From Candidatus Saccharimonadota bacterium (GTDB lineage Bacteria; Patescibacteriota; Saccharimonadia; Saccharimonadales; UBA4665), in NCBI GenBank assembly GCA_016700375.1, contig CP065016.1, positions 750,001 through 782,000 on the forward strand: a DNA stretch of 32,000 nucleotides, in the 5' to 3' direction. How positions within the stretch are numbered: the first letter of the stretch is position 1; each line of letters opens with the position of its first letter. Made by a program: the position numbers and the translations under genes. The notes beneath the pieces were generated by a model. That model was not told the origin of the DNA. It worked only from the letters and a program-made list of their open reading frames with translations, and did no database searches. Below, piece by piece: positions 31,944-32,000 of the stretch.

Positions 31944-32000
31944 GTTGACTGTACTTTGTTTACTGTTTGTCTAGTATAGGTGCAAGTGCTTCTTTCGCAG

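Noticed and set aside
1-32000. Alternative genetic code (UGA recoding, as in some CPR lineages)
   Set aside because: TGA terminates several conserved proteins at their expected ends (M48 protease, NADAR, hxlR, sortase). The conserved genes contain no in-frame TGA. Standard code 11 fits.

Overview
This is a densely packed bacterial chromosome segment, roughly 90% coding by eye. It holds 41 supportable protein-coding genes and no rRNA, tRNA, CRISPR array, transposase or integrase. The housekeeping genes are unambiguous: dnaG-rpoD, argS, groES-groEL with a CIRCE operator, msrB, mscL and orn. Around them sit: four HAD-superfamily hydrolase paralogs; an M48 protease; small stress-type membrane proteins (YggT-like, GlsB/YeaQ); a CHASE sensor kinase with a receiver-only response regulator and a Crp/Fnr regulator; an HxlR-linked flavin/NAD(P)H redox module; two PIN-toxin type II TA pairs; a nucleotide-sugar trio (ManC-like, WecB-like epimerase, SIS-type PGI/PMI); a sortase flanked by low-complexity proteins; and a terminal trio (small protein, DDAH/amidinotransferase-fold enzyme, membrane-anchored alpha/beta hydrolase). 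The standard genetic code applies, since TGA is used as a stop. Gene content, overlapping gene ends and overall style suggest a reduced-genome Patescibacteria/CPR organism, possibly Saccharibacteria-like, but that is inference only. I did not find a self-contained novel multi-gene system such as a defence island. The most interesting signals are listed below. (1) The DnaG zinc ribbon has lost all four metal ligands. (2) At least 11 genes share a promoter architecture in which the -10 box abuts the ATG, so they look leaderless, while classic SD-led genes coexist. (3) A 165-bp rod-like imperfect inverted repeat has strand-specific G:U compensation. (4) Two structured non-coding spacers lie at 15.06-15.36 kb and 16.41-16.64 kb. 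(5) groESL control is elaborated, with three CIRCE half-sites, 5' UTR hairpins and a 112-nt structured intercistronic spacer. (6) A WecB-like epimerase carries an insertion of about 36-41 aa at the active-site loop. (7) The terminal amidinotransferase-fold/hydrolase cluster is uncharacterised.
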